In this document: piece by piece, positions 22,901 through 33,530 of the stretch
Numbering within the stretch: the first letter of the stretch is position 1
Layout of the letters: each line of letters begins with the position of its first letter
Source of the DNA: Nemertoderma westbladi
Lineage: Eukaryota > Animalia > Xenacoelomorpha
Assembly (NCBI GenBank): GCA_032718475.1
Contig: JAUCBJ010006826.1
Coordinates: 1 to 34,117, forward strand
Direction: 5' to 3'
DNA length: 34,117 bases
Notes under the pieces: generated by a model
The model's database searches: none
What the model saw: only the letters and a program-made list of their open reading frames with translations
What the model was told of the DNA's origin: nothing
Program-made: the position numbers and the translations under genes

Positions 22901-24042
22901 AAATTTTCGAAGTAGAATTTGTGTGGGTCTTTCATGCAGCACCTGTTAAATCTTTTGCGGCAAAATTGTGTTGTTTTTGTGCAATTCGCGAACTACTCTA
23001 AAAAGGCCAACATTGTTCTAAGGTGTTGGAGAAAGTTTAAACTTATGCCCTCTAGCGTCTGTAACTAACATGACGAAATTTACCAGCTGTTTCTTTAACT
23101 GTTTCTTAATCTGTTTGTTAACGATTACTACATGTAATACATTCCTAAAGAATGTAAACATTTTCATTACCCTGCAAACAATTTAACGTTAATAATGCAT
23201 TAATATACGTTATTTTCTGACAATGCCAACGTTAATTTATTAACGTAAAAATACATATAAATAACGTTAGTTTGGCCGCCCTTTTTACGTTAAAAATTAA
23301 CGCAAATTAACGTTAATTTTAAACGGTAAGTAAGTATTAGGATCGTCAAAATATATTGTACGTTAAAAAATGACATATTATTGACAATCAGTTTGGATGG
23401 TTGAAATATATTGTATGTTTAACGTTAAAAAATCACAAACAACTGACAATAATAAAAACAAATGTAATGATTAACGCTTAATTAATGTTAAAGTTAATTA
23501 AACGTTAACAAATAATGACATATTCCAGACAATTGCTATTATCTTATCTAGCTGACTATTGGTTTTGGCCGCCCTGGCAATCAGTTTAAACTTACATCTT
23601 GACGGTCAGAACGGTAGACAGTGATAACTCGAAAACTAAAAACGAACTCGCTTAAAGCACCTGCCACCTAAGAAGGCATTCTCATATTAAACAGTTAGGG
23701 TAGGGTGGGTTGACCTCAGGTGACTAATGGAATTTATAACAACAGTTAAATTAAAAGCTTTCTCCCATCAGGGCTTCTTCGGGTAATTAATAAAAATGCA
23801 TACAAACAGATCTCGCCCAATCAATTTTCAGATTTGAAATCCTCTATTTTATGTCTTTTGTATTGCACTTAGGATCTTTTTCCTTTGTAACACTAGGCAG
23901 GCCCTATACATATGTGTGACTTACCGGCCTTTTTACATTGACTATCATTGGACAACACTGTAAAGTACTTTGCAACAAGTATGTATGTAAAAAAAAAAAA
24001 AAAAAAAAAAAAAGAAATAATTCAATTTTATTAGCCTTAAAA

Positions 24043-24066
24043 CTTCAGTCAGCAAGCTGACTGAAG
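24043..24066 (-). other. 3'-terminal stem-loop of the LINE
   Basis: CTTCAGTCAGC-AA-GCTGACTGAAG with perfect 11-bp arms, 10 nt before the minus-strand AATAAA (24027-24032). Confidence 0.7.
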
Positions 24067-24466
24067 GCAGTTATTAGTATACTAAATACACCGTAACTGA
24101 TAATTAAAAAGGCCAAAGTCGACGGGCTCAAATGTTTAGAACAAATGTATAATGTAATGTGACTAATATGCTATTTATACAGTATAAGTTTAATATATAC
24201 ACTAAAGTTAATGGTTAAAACCAGGCCTAGACATACATACAGATATAATACATACAGGAGAGGGTAAGTGTTCATCACACAGATGTGCCTGCCTACGGTA
24301 AGATTTCCATTCATACATACAGTACACACTACATACAAACATAGACCATACAAACACAGACAAAGCTAAGTACTAGCACAATGGTAGGCGTATCTGACGA
24401 GGGAGAGCGCAATATAATAATGTGTAATGTGTGATTTTATAATATATTTGAGTTATTTTTTTGTTG

Positions 24467-27348
24467 CTAGGTGATGGCTGACCTGTCGTATTGTTCCATG
24501 AAATGTTTTTTGAATTGTGGGATGAAGTTGTTATTGCGAATTTTATCACGTACGACTTTTCTTAATCTATTCCATGTGCGACTGCAGGCGACAAAGAATG
24601 AGTATGTACCATACTTGTTATTTGTCTTTGGTATCTTGATTGTGTTTGTGCGTACATTTAGTAATTTTTTATTATTATTTAGTAATTGTGAAAGGAATGG
24701 TAGTTTTAGGTTTTGGAATGGCGCGATTTGATTTGTAACATATTTGTAGAGGTATTTGAGTGCGTGGTATTCCCGTAGTGCATTCAAGTGTGGCAATTTG
24801 GCTAATTTTCTAAGTTGAGTACCTGTCATGTCTCGTATCTTTTTGTTATAAACTAATCGCAGGGCATAGTTCTGTATTTTGTCCATTTTATATAATTTTC
24901 CTTTGTATCCGTGTTTGTCATGAAAGGGTGTAAATAGTGCACTGCAGTAATTGTGGTAAGGCATGACCAATGTCTTGTAGAGCATTAATTTTGTTGATGT
25001 GGGAAGCTGACCCTTAATTTGGCGTAACCCGGATGTTGCTGCTGACATTTTGTGTGATGTGGCATCGATTTGGTTTTCCCATGTTAGATTATTGTTGATT
25101 ATAATTCCTAAGTATGTAATTTCCGACGATTGCGCAATAATCTTATTATGTAGTGTGAGACTATAATTGTTTGTTTCTGAGGTTCTTTTTGTAGGTGATA
25201 AGAGCATAAGTTCTGTTTTGTTAGTGTTTATTTGCATGCATAGTGATCCTAATATATTTTCAATGTTTAATATTTGCTCATTAAGGAGCTTTATCGCAGT
25301 GGCTGGGCTTTTATCTGAGCAGTATACTAGTGTGTCATCAGCGTATTGTATTGTCTCAAGATTAATCTGCTCAGCAATATCATTCACGTATATTAAGAAG
25401 AATAGAGGTCCCAATTTTGTTCCCTTTGGAATGCCTCTATTACAAATGGACCACTCTGAGAATATGTTCTGGAGCTTCACGGCCTGCGGACGGTTGCTCA
25501 GGTAGCTCTTGATTAGTTTCGATGCATCAGATTGGAAACCAATTTCATCCAGCTTTGTTAATAGGATGGAGTGATGTAATGAATTGAATGCCTTGGATAG
25601 GTCTAACACACCAATTGCTACATACTTGTTATTATCTAATTCCCACCTCCATGATTCGGTTGCGTAAATGACCGCATCCATTGTACTGTATCCCTTTCTG
25701 AAACCAAATTGTTTATTTTGTAATATTTTATTATTATTTAGGTAGTTCATGATTTGTTTGTATAGAATTGTTTCAAAGATTCGTTCTAGTGTGGTGGTGA
25801 CTGATATTGGTCTGTAGTTTGTTGCGTCTTCCCTATCACCCTTTTTAAATACTGGTGTAATATATGTGGACTTTAGTTTGTCTGGGAAAATACTTTTTGT
25901 CAAACATAGATTAATGGTATGAGTAAGCGGCGTTAGTATGATAGGGGCAATAAGCTTAATTGTTTTCGGTGAAAATATGGATGGGCCATTTGGCTTATTT
26001 GTATCAATTTTTGTAATTATCTCATATATGTCTAATTTTGATATATTAGTGAAACTGAAACTAGATTTAGCTATTTTTTTTGAATTTTTATATGTCCCTC
26101 GCGATGGAAAGTTTCCCAATCCTAAGTATGCGTCGTTCAATATGTTGGCTATTGGAATTGATTCGTATATAAGTTTCTTAGTAACAGTGTTGAATAATGC
26201 AATAATCCCCCCCTCCTCTTGTTTGTTCCTATTTGTTATTTTATTTATGACGGTCCATTTCTCTTTTGCATTTTTGGCGCCATTAAATTTTGATTTCACG
26301 TATTGGTTTTTTAGGTTTTTGTTTAGCGTGTTAAATTTATTTCTTGTTAGTTTAAAATCGTTGTAATCAGATTCTTTTTTTGAATGTCTCCAAAGTATAA
26401 GTTTTTTCTGTTTTTCTAAGTTTAATGATACTATTTCGTGTGTCCACCACGGCGCCATTTTATTTTTATCTTTGGTTTTGTTGTATTTCTTTGTTATTAT
26501 GGGGATATGTTTGTTGTATAATTGTTCAATTATCTCCTCAAAATGGTTGTATGCTACATTGACATCAGTTTCTTGGTATACTTCTGTCCATATAATTTTG
26601 CTTGCATCGCTTATGAATAATTTCTCATTTAAGTTTTTGTAGTCTCGGTATGTGATATTTACTGGTTTCTTCTGTTTTTTGGTTTGTGTGGTGTTCGAAT
26701 TGGTTTTCAGCTGTGTGGTTAATACTATGATTTCGTGATCAGAGAAATCTGATGGGAATGTATTACATTCTTTGGCTATGTTTATATTTGATGTGATGAA
26801 TAGATCGATCAGAGAACTACTTTTTGGTGTATATCTTGTTGGGTGTTCAGTATTGAGTGTCATGAGGTTATATGTTGCCAGTATTTCTTGAAATTTTGTA
26901 TTTTTGTAATATGCTGATGTGTTATTTTTATTAGAGGATTTTGTAGCTTTATAATCGATATTGAAATCCCCCATAAGGAGTATGTTGGTGGATGTGTTTG
27001 TTGCATTTTCGAGCTCCTCGGTTATATCACTCCAGAAGTTATTAGCCTTTGGTGGTATGTAGAACAGTCCTACTAAAGTGCCATACGTTTCAATCCATAG
27101 TGAGTCATGTTGTTTATTCGTGCTATTGCTTGTGTTAATGTCGTTTCTTAATTTGTATTTCGTGTTACTCGGGATGTAGTACATTAGCCCTCCCCCTTTC
27201 TTCTTTTTACGATCAGACCTGACAATAGTGTAACCGGGCAGACCTATAGATTGCGATGAAATATTGCGCTTTAGCCATGTCTCTGATATGCCAATTATTG
27301 TGCTATTCCTATAATCTTGGTCGTTCTGAAGGAGATCCCTGAGATCAT
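24467..27348 (-). pseudogene. LINE ORF2, downstream part: AP endonuclease and reverse transcriptase
   Basis: The frame is open from 27348 (NDLRDLL...GISETWL...RSDR...GGGLMYY), then MGDFN, SLIDLF, SDH, PVFKKG, NYRPIS, QFGFR, LDLSKAF, GIPKGTKLGP, YADDT and YLGI. Confidence 0.95.
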
Positions 27349-27423
27349 TGTGGGGCGAGCCACGAAGTTGGCGGAGCCTTAGCGAATTGACACTGTTAGG
27401 GGGTGGGTCAATTTATGCAAATA

Positions 27424-27492
27424 GTTGTCGTCGTCGTCGTCGTCGTCGTTGTCGTCGTCGTCGTTGTCGTCGTCGTCGTTGTCGTCGTCGTT
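27424..27492. repeat. (GTC/GTT)n microsatellite
   Basis: About 23 trinucleotide units. Confidence 0.97.
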
Positions 27493-27612
27493 ACGATTTT
27501 GACATGCTAATAACTTTGTCGGATTTAAAGCTGCCAAGTTGAAAATTTGTAGGTATCAATATGAGCAAAAGTTGAGATTTTTGAGAGACTTTCAGACACC
27601 ATCAGTGCAATG

Positions 27613-28520
27613 GTCTCCCGCTAGAGGGCCACATGTCTAAACATTAAATGGCCACCCATTTCTTTGCTTTTAATCCGTTTAAGCTGAAACTTGGGAAGTA
27701 TGTACTAGACCATTAGCTGTAAATTTCAAAGGAGGCTAATCTGTCTGCAGTTCTCCAGTCTGCCGCTAGAGGGCGAAATGTCCCGAATGTGAAATTATTC
27801 TTCCATTTAGTTGTTTATGATCTGATTACGCTGAAACTTGTCATATATGTACTAGATGACATCCTGAGTCTTTGTGTGGATTGTAATCGGTCCGAAGTTT
27901 TCCAGTCTCCCGCTAGAGGGCCACATGTCTAAACATTAAATGGCCACCCATTTCTTTGCTTTTAATCCGTTTAAGCTGAAACTTGGGAAGTATGTACTAG
28001 ACCATTAGCTGTAAATTTCAAAGGAGGCTAATCTGTCTGCAGTTCTCCAGTCTGCCGCTAGAGGGCGAAATGTCCCGAATGTGAAATTATTCTTCCATTT
28101 AGTTGTTTATGATCTGATTACGCTGAAACTTGTCATATATGTACTAGAAGACATCCTAAGTCTTTGTGTGGACAGTAATCGGTCCGGAGTTTTCGAGTCT
28201 GCCGCTAGAGGGCGAAATGTAGGAAAGTGATAACCTTTGCGAATTCCTTGATCTTAATCTATTTAAGCTGAATTTTGGAATATACAGTACCGGTATGTAC
28301 TAGACCACATGCCTCGTCTTTGTGAGGAAGGTGATCGATCCGTAGTTCTTTAATATGCCGCTAGAGGGCTAAATGTATGAAAGTGAAAACCTTCCAACAT
28401 TTCGTTATTTATGATCCGTCAATCGGAAACTTGGTAGATATGTAATAGACCATAGGATGTGGCTTTGTAGGGAAACTAATCCTTCCTTCTTCAGTTACCC
28501 AGTCTCCCGCTAGAGGGTTA
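27613..28520 (+). repeat. Tandem array of ~146-bp units with a 292-bp higher-order dimer; each unit carries CCGCTAGAGGG
   Basis: Motif starts at 27618, 27763, 27910, 28055, 28202, 28358 and 28507. Confidence 0.93.
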
Positions 28521-28618
28521 ACGTTTTCCGGGAAAATCTTCTCCTATGTTTTTATAATCCTTTCGAGTTGATACTTAGCATTAACTCATTTCACGTGCTG
28601 CGCGAAGGCCCCACTTCG

Positions 28619-29780
28619 TGTAGTGCTTTGTATGGCTTCTGGCATTTATGTGAATTAATTTTATATGGTCTGTATTGTTGTTCAAATATTGTGGTATATG
28701 GTACATATTCGTCCACAGGGGACCTTGTGGTATTAGTGGGCCTGGATTTGGGTGCACATTGCCAGACATTAGAATGGCCTGTCGAATTGTGAGACTTATT
28801 ATAATTAATATATCTATGCCTGATGTGAGGTATAATTGTGTGATATAGATAAGGATTTTAATAGCTGTTATATAATGTTTGTAATTCGTATTATACCACA
28901 ATTTGAATAATCCCTTTGTGACATGTTTTGTATATGTATTAGGATTTGTCTGTATTTTGTTGTTGTTTAATGTCGTCCCCCAAGCACTATTAAATGTAAT
29001 TAATATTACCAAAGATTCGTATAATCTGAGTTTTTTTTTAATTGTTATTAACTTGATGAAAATGGACAGTGATATCAGTATTAAAAATATTGCTATGGTT
29101 AGAGTAGATATATATATGTCTTTTGTTGGTGACATGTTTGAATTTAATGATGCTGCTATAAGTATTGAGTAGACGGTGGAAAATGTGAAATATGGCAACA
29201 GTGTAGTTTTTTGGTTTCTTATATGAAATTTCTGCCGTTTATGTCTTTTACTAAGTCTTTTGTCAGTGCAATACATTCTATTTAGCTTTAATTTCATACA
29301 CACTATATATTTGCAGAGGGACTCATATATTCCTCTAGGCCTGGCCTTATATATCAAAATTGGGCAAACTCTGATTACACTGCAATATAGTTTTGCACAG
29401 CAAATTATCAATATGGTTGCACGGATAAAACATAGGTAAAATTTACAATAAGACGTGGCGTTCTGCCCGTCGAACTTTGGCCAAAATGCTAAATTATAGA
29501 GTACTATGTTAAGTATCGGTATGTAATTAAAAGTAAACACGTCCATGGCTGATGCTACTTGTGATGATATCCAAGTAAATATAAGTGTGCTGAAATAATA
29601 TACACAATTAATTGCACTACTGGTACTGTATCGGTCACATGGTATGAGTGTGGTCGAACCTATAGCTATAGCTACGTACAATATAATTTTAAAATATCCT
29701 ATAGTCGATAATATACTCGATATTAAAAAGTTTTGAGTCCAAGATATAAGTTTCAGACTATTTAAAATGTTTGTATACAC
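28619..29780 (-). pseudogene. LINE ORF2, upstream part: hydrophobic leader, 2A-like motif, start of APE
   Basis: Same reading frame as the downstream part once the insertion is removed. AILMSGNVHPNPGP, then KLIHINARS (first APE motif). The start codon is uncertain (the ORF track uses GTG). Confidence 0.85.
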
Positions 29781-29971
29781 GATACATATAATTACAATTA
29801 TATATAATCGACGAAATAATAGTTTCCATGGATATGTGCTTACGAGAATATGGTATAATATTGATAATAATACGATATAGTTTAGTAATATTAATTCTAC
29901 GAATTTAATTTATTGGGAAATAAAAAAAAAGAAAAGGAAGTTTCCATTGTTACTGTACCATAGCAGTTAAT

Positions 29972-31591
29972 TTACGAATTATCTGGATTGATTACTTTCA
30001 GTAGAGAAATAAGGGCCGTAATGAGACCTTTGCCATTGTTAACCTGGGAGACTGCAGTTGGTACTGGTACTGGTGAGGCTGAGGAGTGAGTGGGCGTGGG
30101 TGATTGAGTGGTGGGCGGGGGAAGTGGTGGGGTTGGTAGAAGGACTGGACGGGAATATATTGGATTGAACGGGGGACCCACGGGAGTTGGCAGTAGTGCT
30201 GGGCGGGACATGGAGGGAGTAATAAAACATGAGTCAGGGAGAGGAGACGGTGGATTAGAAAGGGGAAGAGGAAGTAATGGCTGTCTACCGGTGGTAACTG
30301 CAGCGAAGGATCGTGTTTGAGAGACTTTACTGTGTGGCAATATGTTTAAAGGGGGACTTGGTTGCGGTTGCTTATTATAGAATAGATGGTGTTTTATTGA
30401 AGCTGCTAGTTGCGGGACATATCTAGCTGATACGTGCTTGTTATCATATAGTTGGGACTTGTTTATCATTGAGTGGTTAGCGTATATTATACCGTGTTTG
30501 TTGCATAATCGTGATATATTACTGTTGATTCTTTGAACTACTTTATCTTTCCTCGCCAATATGGAACCCACAACGATCCGAATCCCTCTCCACTCTTTCT
30601 TAGCGATCTCTATCACCTTTTCAAAGTTGGATATTATCTTTTGGGATCCTCCTTTGTGGTCTAGGTCATTTGTACCGCAGTGTATGTACAGGCGCTTGGT
30701 ATTCGGATATTTGTTAACCGCGGAGTTGATATTCACAACGAGGTGGTCGGTTGTTGGTGTGAAAGTCATTCGTGTATTGTAATCGATCTTTCGCTGGTCA
30801 ATAAAACGTTTATTACTGTCCATGAACATTAGCGTATTCGCTCGGTCATTGCGTTTCTTTGAACTGCTAGATAGGCCTATCTCGATGTAGGAGTTTCTTT
30901 TTTCATCTGTGTCTATCGTGATTGGATCCGTACTAACCTGGCTAACGTCGAGCATAGTTGTAGGAATATGCCTTTCTGTTGGTGTTCGACCATCCGGCAT
31001 TAGACCTACCGATACCGGTATGACCGTTGACGATAGGACTGAATTGACTGACTCCATGTTGAACGATTCGAACATTTCACACGTGGTGAAGCTATCGGGT
31101 TCGTATATTAGGTCTATGTTAGTTGCGATCTGACTGTTGATTTCAGCCGGTGTTGGGTTGGTTTCAGCCCGGGATGGGTTGATTTCAGCAGAGTCTGTAT
31201 TGGGTTCCGCTACCGCGACTAGTATTCCAGTCGCTATTTGCGGTACCGGTACCTGAATGGTGGGTTGGGTGTCTGGTGTATCGGTACGGGTTTCATTAAT
31301 TTCGATTAGCAACGGGTTGCGGTTTATAACCACTGTGTCATCTTGATCCACGTTTACAGTCCCGGCCCATGAAGGGGGCTCGGGCCCGGGCCCGGTACTA
31401 CTGGTAGTAGGCCTACCGCTACCGTATCGGCATTCCCGGATGGCGATCGGGAGAGCCGCACACAGACCACAGATATACGGTCGATTGTGGATCGTGCTGT
31501 ATATCTCTCGTGTCGTTAGAATTTCCGTCCACACACTAATACACACCGTGCATTTGACTCTGATCTTTATCGTTTCATCGTAATCCATCAT
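29972..31591 (-). CDS. LINE ORF1p with N-terminal Cys cluster, SGNH-type esterase domain and Pro-rich tail
   Basis: CTVC...YICGLC; FMDSN (GDS-like), IHCGTND and DNKH (DxxH). Esterase-bearing ORF1s are established in CR1/L2-group LINEs. Confidence 0.85.
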   Translation of the reverse strand: MMDYDETIKIRVKCTVCISVWTEILTTREIYSTIHNRPYICGLCAALPIAIRECRYGSGRPTTSSTGPGPEPPSWAGTVNVDQDDTVVINRNPLLIEINETRTDTPDTQPTIQVPVPQIATGILVAVAEPNTDSAEINPSRAETNPTPAEINSQIATNIDLIYEPDSFTTCEMFESFNMESVNSVLSSTVIPVSVGLMPDGRTPTERHIPTTMLDVSQVSTDPITIDTDEKRNSYIEIGLSSSSKKRNDRANTLMFMDSNKRFIDQRKIDYNTRMTFTPTTDHLVVNINSAVNKYPNTKRLYIHCGTNDLDHKGGSQKIISNFEKVIEIAKKEWRGIRIVVGSILARKDKVVQRINSNISRLCNKHGIIYANHSMINKSQLYDNKHVSARYVPQLAASIKHHLFYNKQPQPSPPLNILPHSKVSQTRSFAAVTTGRQPLLPLPLSNPPSPLPDSCFITPSMSRPALLPTPVGPPFNPIYSRPVLLPTPPLPPPTTQSPTPTHSSASPVPVPTAVSQVNNGKGLITALISLLKVINPDNS

Positions 31592-31962
31592 ATGTAATTA
31601 TAGTTAATACTGTAATAATAGTTTGTAACAGAGTAGTGTTCAGCAGTCAGGCAAGTTAGGACCGTCGCCGCCGTCACCATATTACCGGTACATTCATGTA
31701 GTTTTATTACAAAATTTTAACATTCCGAAATGATTGTACATATATTATAAGTGATAGAATCTGCACAAATTATATTAGTTGCTGTATAAATAATTGTAAA
31801 AATGACATAAATTATGTTACAAATAAGTTAGCTTATATTTATGGTGGCGTTTGGAGCCATGTTATAATAATATAGCTAGGCCCAACTGGTTATTAATAGC
31901 TATACCCCGCCTACCGGTAGGTAATGCATTAGGCCTATCTGGCTGTCAGGCAAATTTCCACC

Positions 31963-32052
31963 TATTGTTTACGTGGTAACCAATGACGGCGTTAAGTAAT
32001 GTCCACTAGGGGGACATTACTTAACGCCGTCATGGTTACCACGTAAACAATA
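31963..32052. repeat. Near-perfect hairpin: 41-42-bp arms, 7-nt loop
   Basis: TATTGTTTACGTGGTAACCAATGACGGCGTTAAGTAATGTCC-ACTAGGG-GGACATTACTTAACGCCGTCATGGTTACCACGTAAACAATA, with one bulged base. Confidence 0.92.
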
Positions 32053-32242
32053 ACACCAAATACAATACTAAATGAACAGGCCAATACAATGCTGTAATGT
32101 CCTCAAAAGTTGTAAATTGCTAAATAACAACTCGCTGTTAATACTAACGGCGTTGAGTAATGTTACAATTTTGGAATAAAATAATTTTAATGTAAACTTT
32201 ATATATGACACGAGCATCCGAATTTACTGTTATTGGTTTCAG

Positions 32243-32679
32243 AAACATTCCTGCAATTCCTGAGTATCCTTATGTAACATCGCTTGCACCGCCGGTGGTG
32301 CAACAGGATCTTGAGTTTTCGCAATTACCAAGTGATGAATACTTGCAGTGTGAATCAAATTCAATACTGAATATTGGACAACTAGAACCACGTAGCATCT
32401 CTCTACTTTCCAATGAAGAACGCTCTCAGCGCGCTTTCTCCCCATCCACATTGGCCCCGCAACCTGTCCCGGTCTCATTCGATTTTTCGCAATCGACCAC
32501 TACTTTGGACCGGCCACATTCACATCCCACGGTAGTTGGCCGTCCACATCCACGGCCCAGTGTCGACCGCCCACACTCGCAACCCATTATCATTGACCGT
32601 CAATCTCATCAAGCCATGTTCGATCGCTCAGCGACTATTTCTGACCGGCCAGTTTCAAACCCAAGAATTGGAGTTTCAC
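32243..32679 (+). CDS. Candidate coding exon, Pro/Ser-rich with DRPHS repeats
   Basis: GC-richer open frame bounded by TTTCAG| and |GTAAGT in AT-rich flanks. Confidence 0.45.
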
Positions 32680-33257
32680 GTAAGTTGCAGCGTAAATGGT
32701 TTATTGTACTTTTAGACAAATTGTAAAGTAAATACTGTAATAAATATTTACATACATGTCTGTAAATATGTAGCGCTTAAATTGTGTGGAACCAAGTGGT
32801 TTGTTACAAGAACGAACGAAGTGAGCGAGTGTAAAGAAGACAAAATAATTTTATATGATATTATAATATTCTAGAATATTAAGTAAACCATGGATACCAT
32901 CAGCCAGCGCTATCTTTTTTAAATGCAATATTATTATTAATTATTAATATCATGGAAATTACTTTGAAATTAAATTGCTCTAAAGTCGGTTCTAATCGGT
33001 ACTGTATGCACGGGTGTAATGTTATTTCTTGTCCTCGTTAGATATGGGGGGGGGGGGGGGGGGGGGGGTTGCGTCCGTTGTTTAACCATTATTTTGCTAT
33101 AAACTATATGCATAGGCCTACTATTAATATCATACTATTGTACCAATTAATACTGTGTAGGGACGATTTAAATTTTTGTTATAAATCATATTTAATAAAT
33201 ATGATTTAATCATAATATTGATATCTGTTATAAATATATGATTATTCTGTATTATAG

Positions 33258-33355
33258 GAGCTGTTCTTCTCAACGATTTTGAAGATGGTGCGGTGGATGG
33301 CGCTATATCGGCGTTTTTTCGGCAGGCAAGCAATAGACCTGGAGGGGATAATTAG
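33258..33355 (+). CDS. Candidate exon AVLLNDFEDGAVDGAISAFFRQASNRPGG, resembling BEN/DUF4806 C-termini
   Basis: TATAG| acceptor, phase-compatible with the previous exon, ending at TAG/GTAAGT. The domain resemblance is from memory of a W/F-x-R-x-A-x-D/N-R-x-GG pattern only. Confidence 0.35.
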
Positions 33356-33530
33356 TAAGTATTACTGTAATTAAATGAAATCGTTTTATTAATTCAATGA
33401 ATGCTGTTGTTGAGTTGGGTCAGGGGTGGGTTAGGTTTGGTTAGGGTTCACGCTGGTTTAGGTTTCAGAAAGGGGTTGGGGTAGTAGTGTGAGCGTGGAG
33501 CAATAATTGGGATAGGGTTAAGATGAGTTA

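Larger units (their letters stand above)
27349..28618 (+). mobile_element. 1270-bp non-autonomous element with DINE-1/HINE-like architecture: subterminal inverted repeats, microsatellite, central tandem repeats
   Basis: Removing it restores ORF2 in frame (INARSHTKHY-NDLRDLL). TGT lies at both junctions (27349-27351, 28619-28621). The 5' GTGGGGC and CACGAAGT are inverted to the 3' GCCCCACTTCGTG. (GTC)n is followed by ~146-bp repeats. The superfamily assignment is inference. Confidence 0.9.
24017..31685 (-). mobile_element. Near full-length CR1/L2-group LINE (ORF1 + ORF2) interrupted by a 1270-bp insertion
   Basis: Short 5' leader, esterase ORF1, APE-RT ORF2 and a ~450-nt 3' UTR with terminal hairpin and AATAAA. 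Ends are approximate and no TSD was found. The exact clade needs an RT phylogeny. Confidence 0.9.

Noticed and set aside
23033-23593. MITE with TAACGTTA-rich interior
   Set aside because: Only one hAT-like end (GGCCGCCCTG) is visible, and I could not define a partner TIR or TSD.
24471-26366. Plus-strand ORFs opposite the LINE RT, and short ORFs overlapping BEL pol
   Set aside because: Antisense or alternative-frame shadows with no recognisable motifs.
27348-27542. Protamine-like Arg/Cys-rich ORF
   Set aside because: It is a translation of the (CGT)n microsatellite inside the inserted element.
28581-28618. C-terminus TKWGLRAAREMS of a standalone 399-aa protein
   Set aside because: It reads into the insertion; the real frame continues at 27348.
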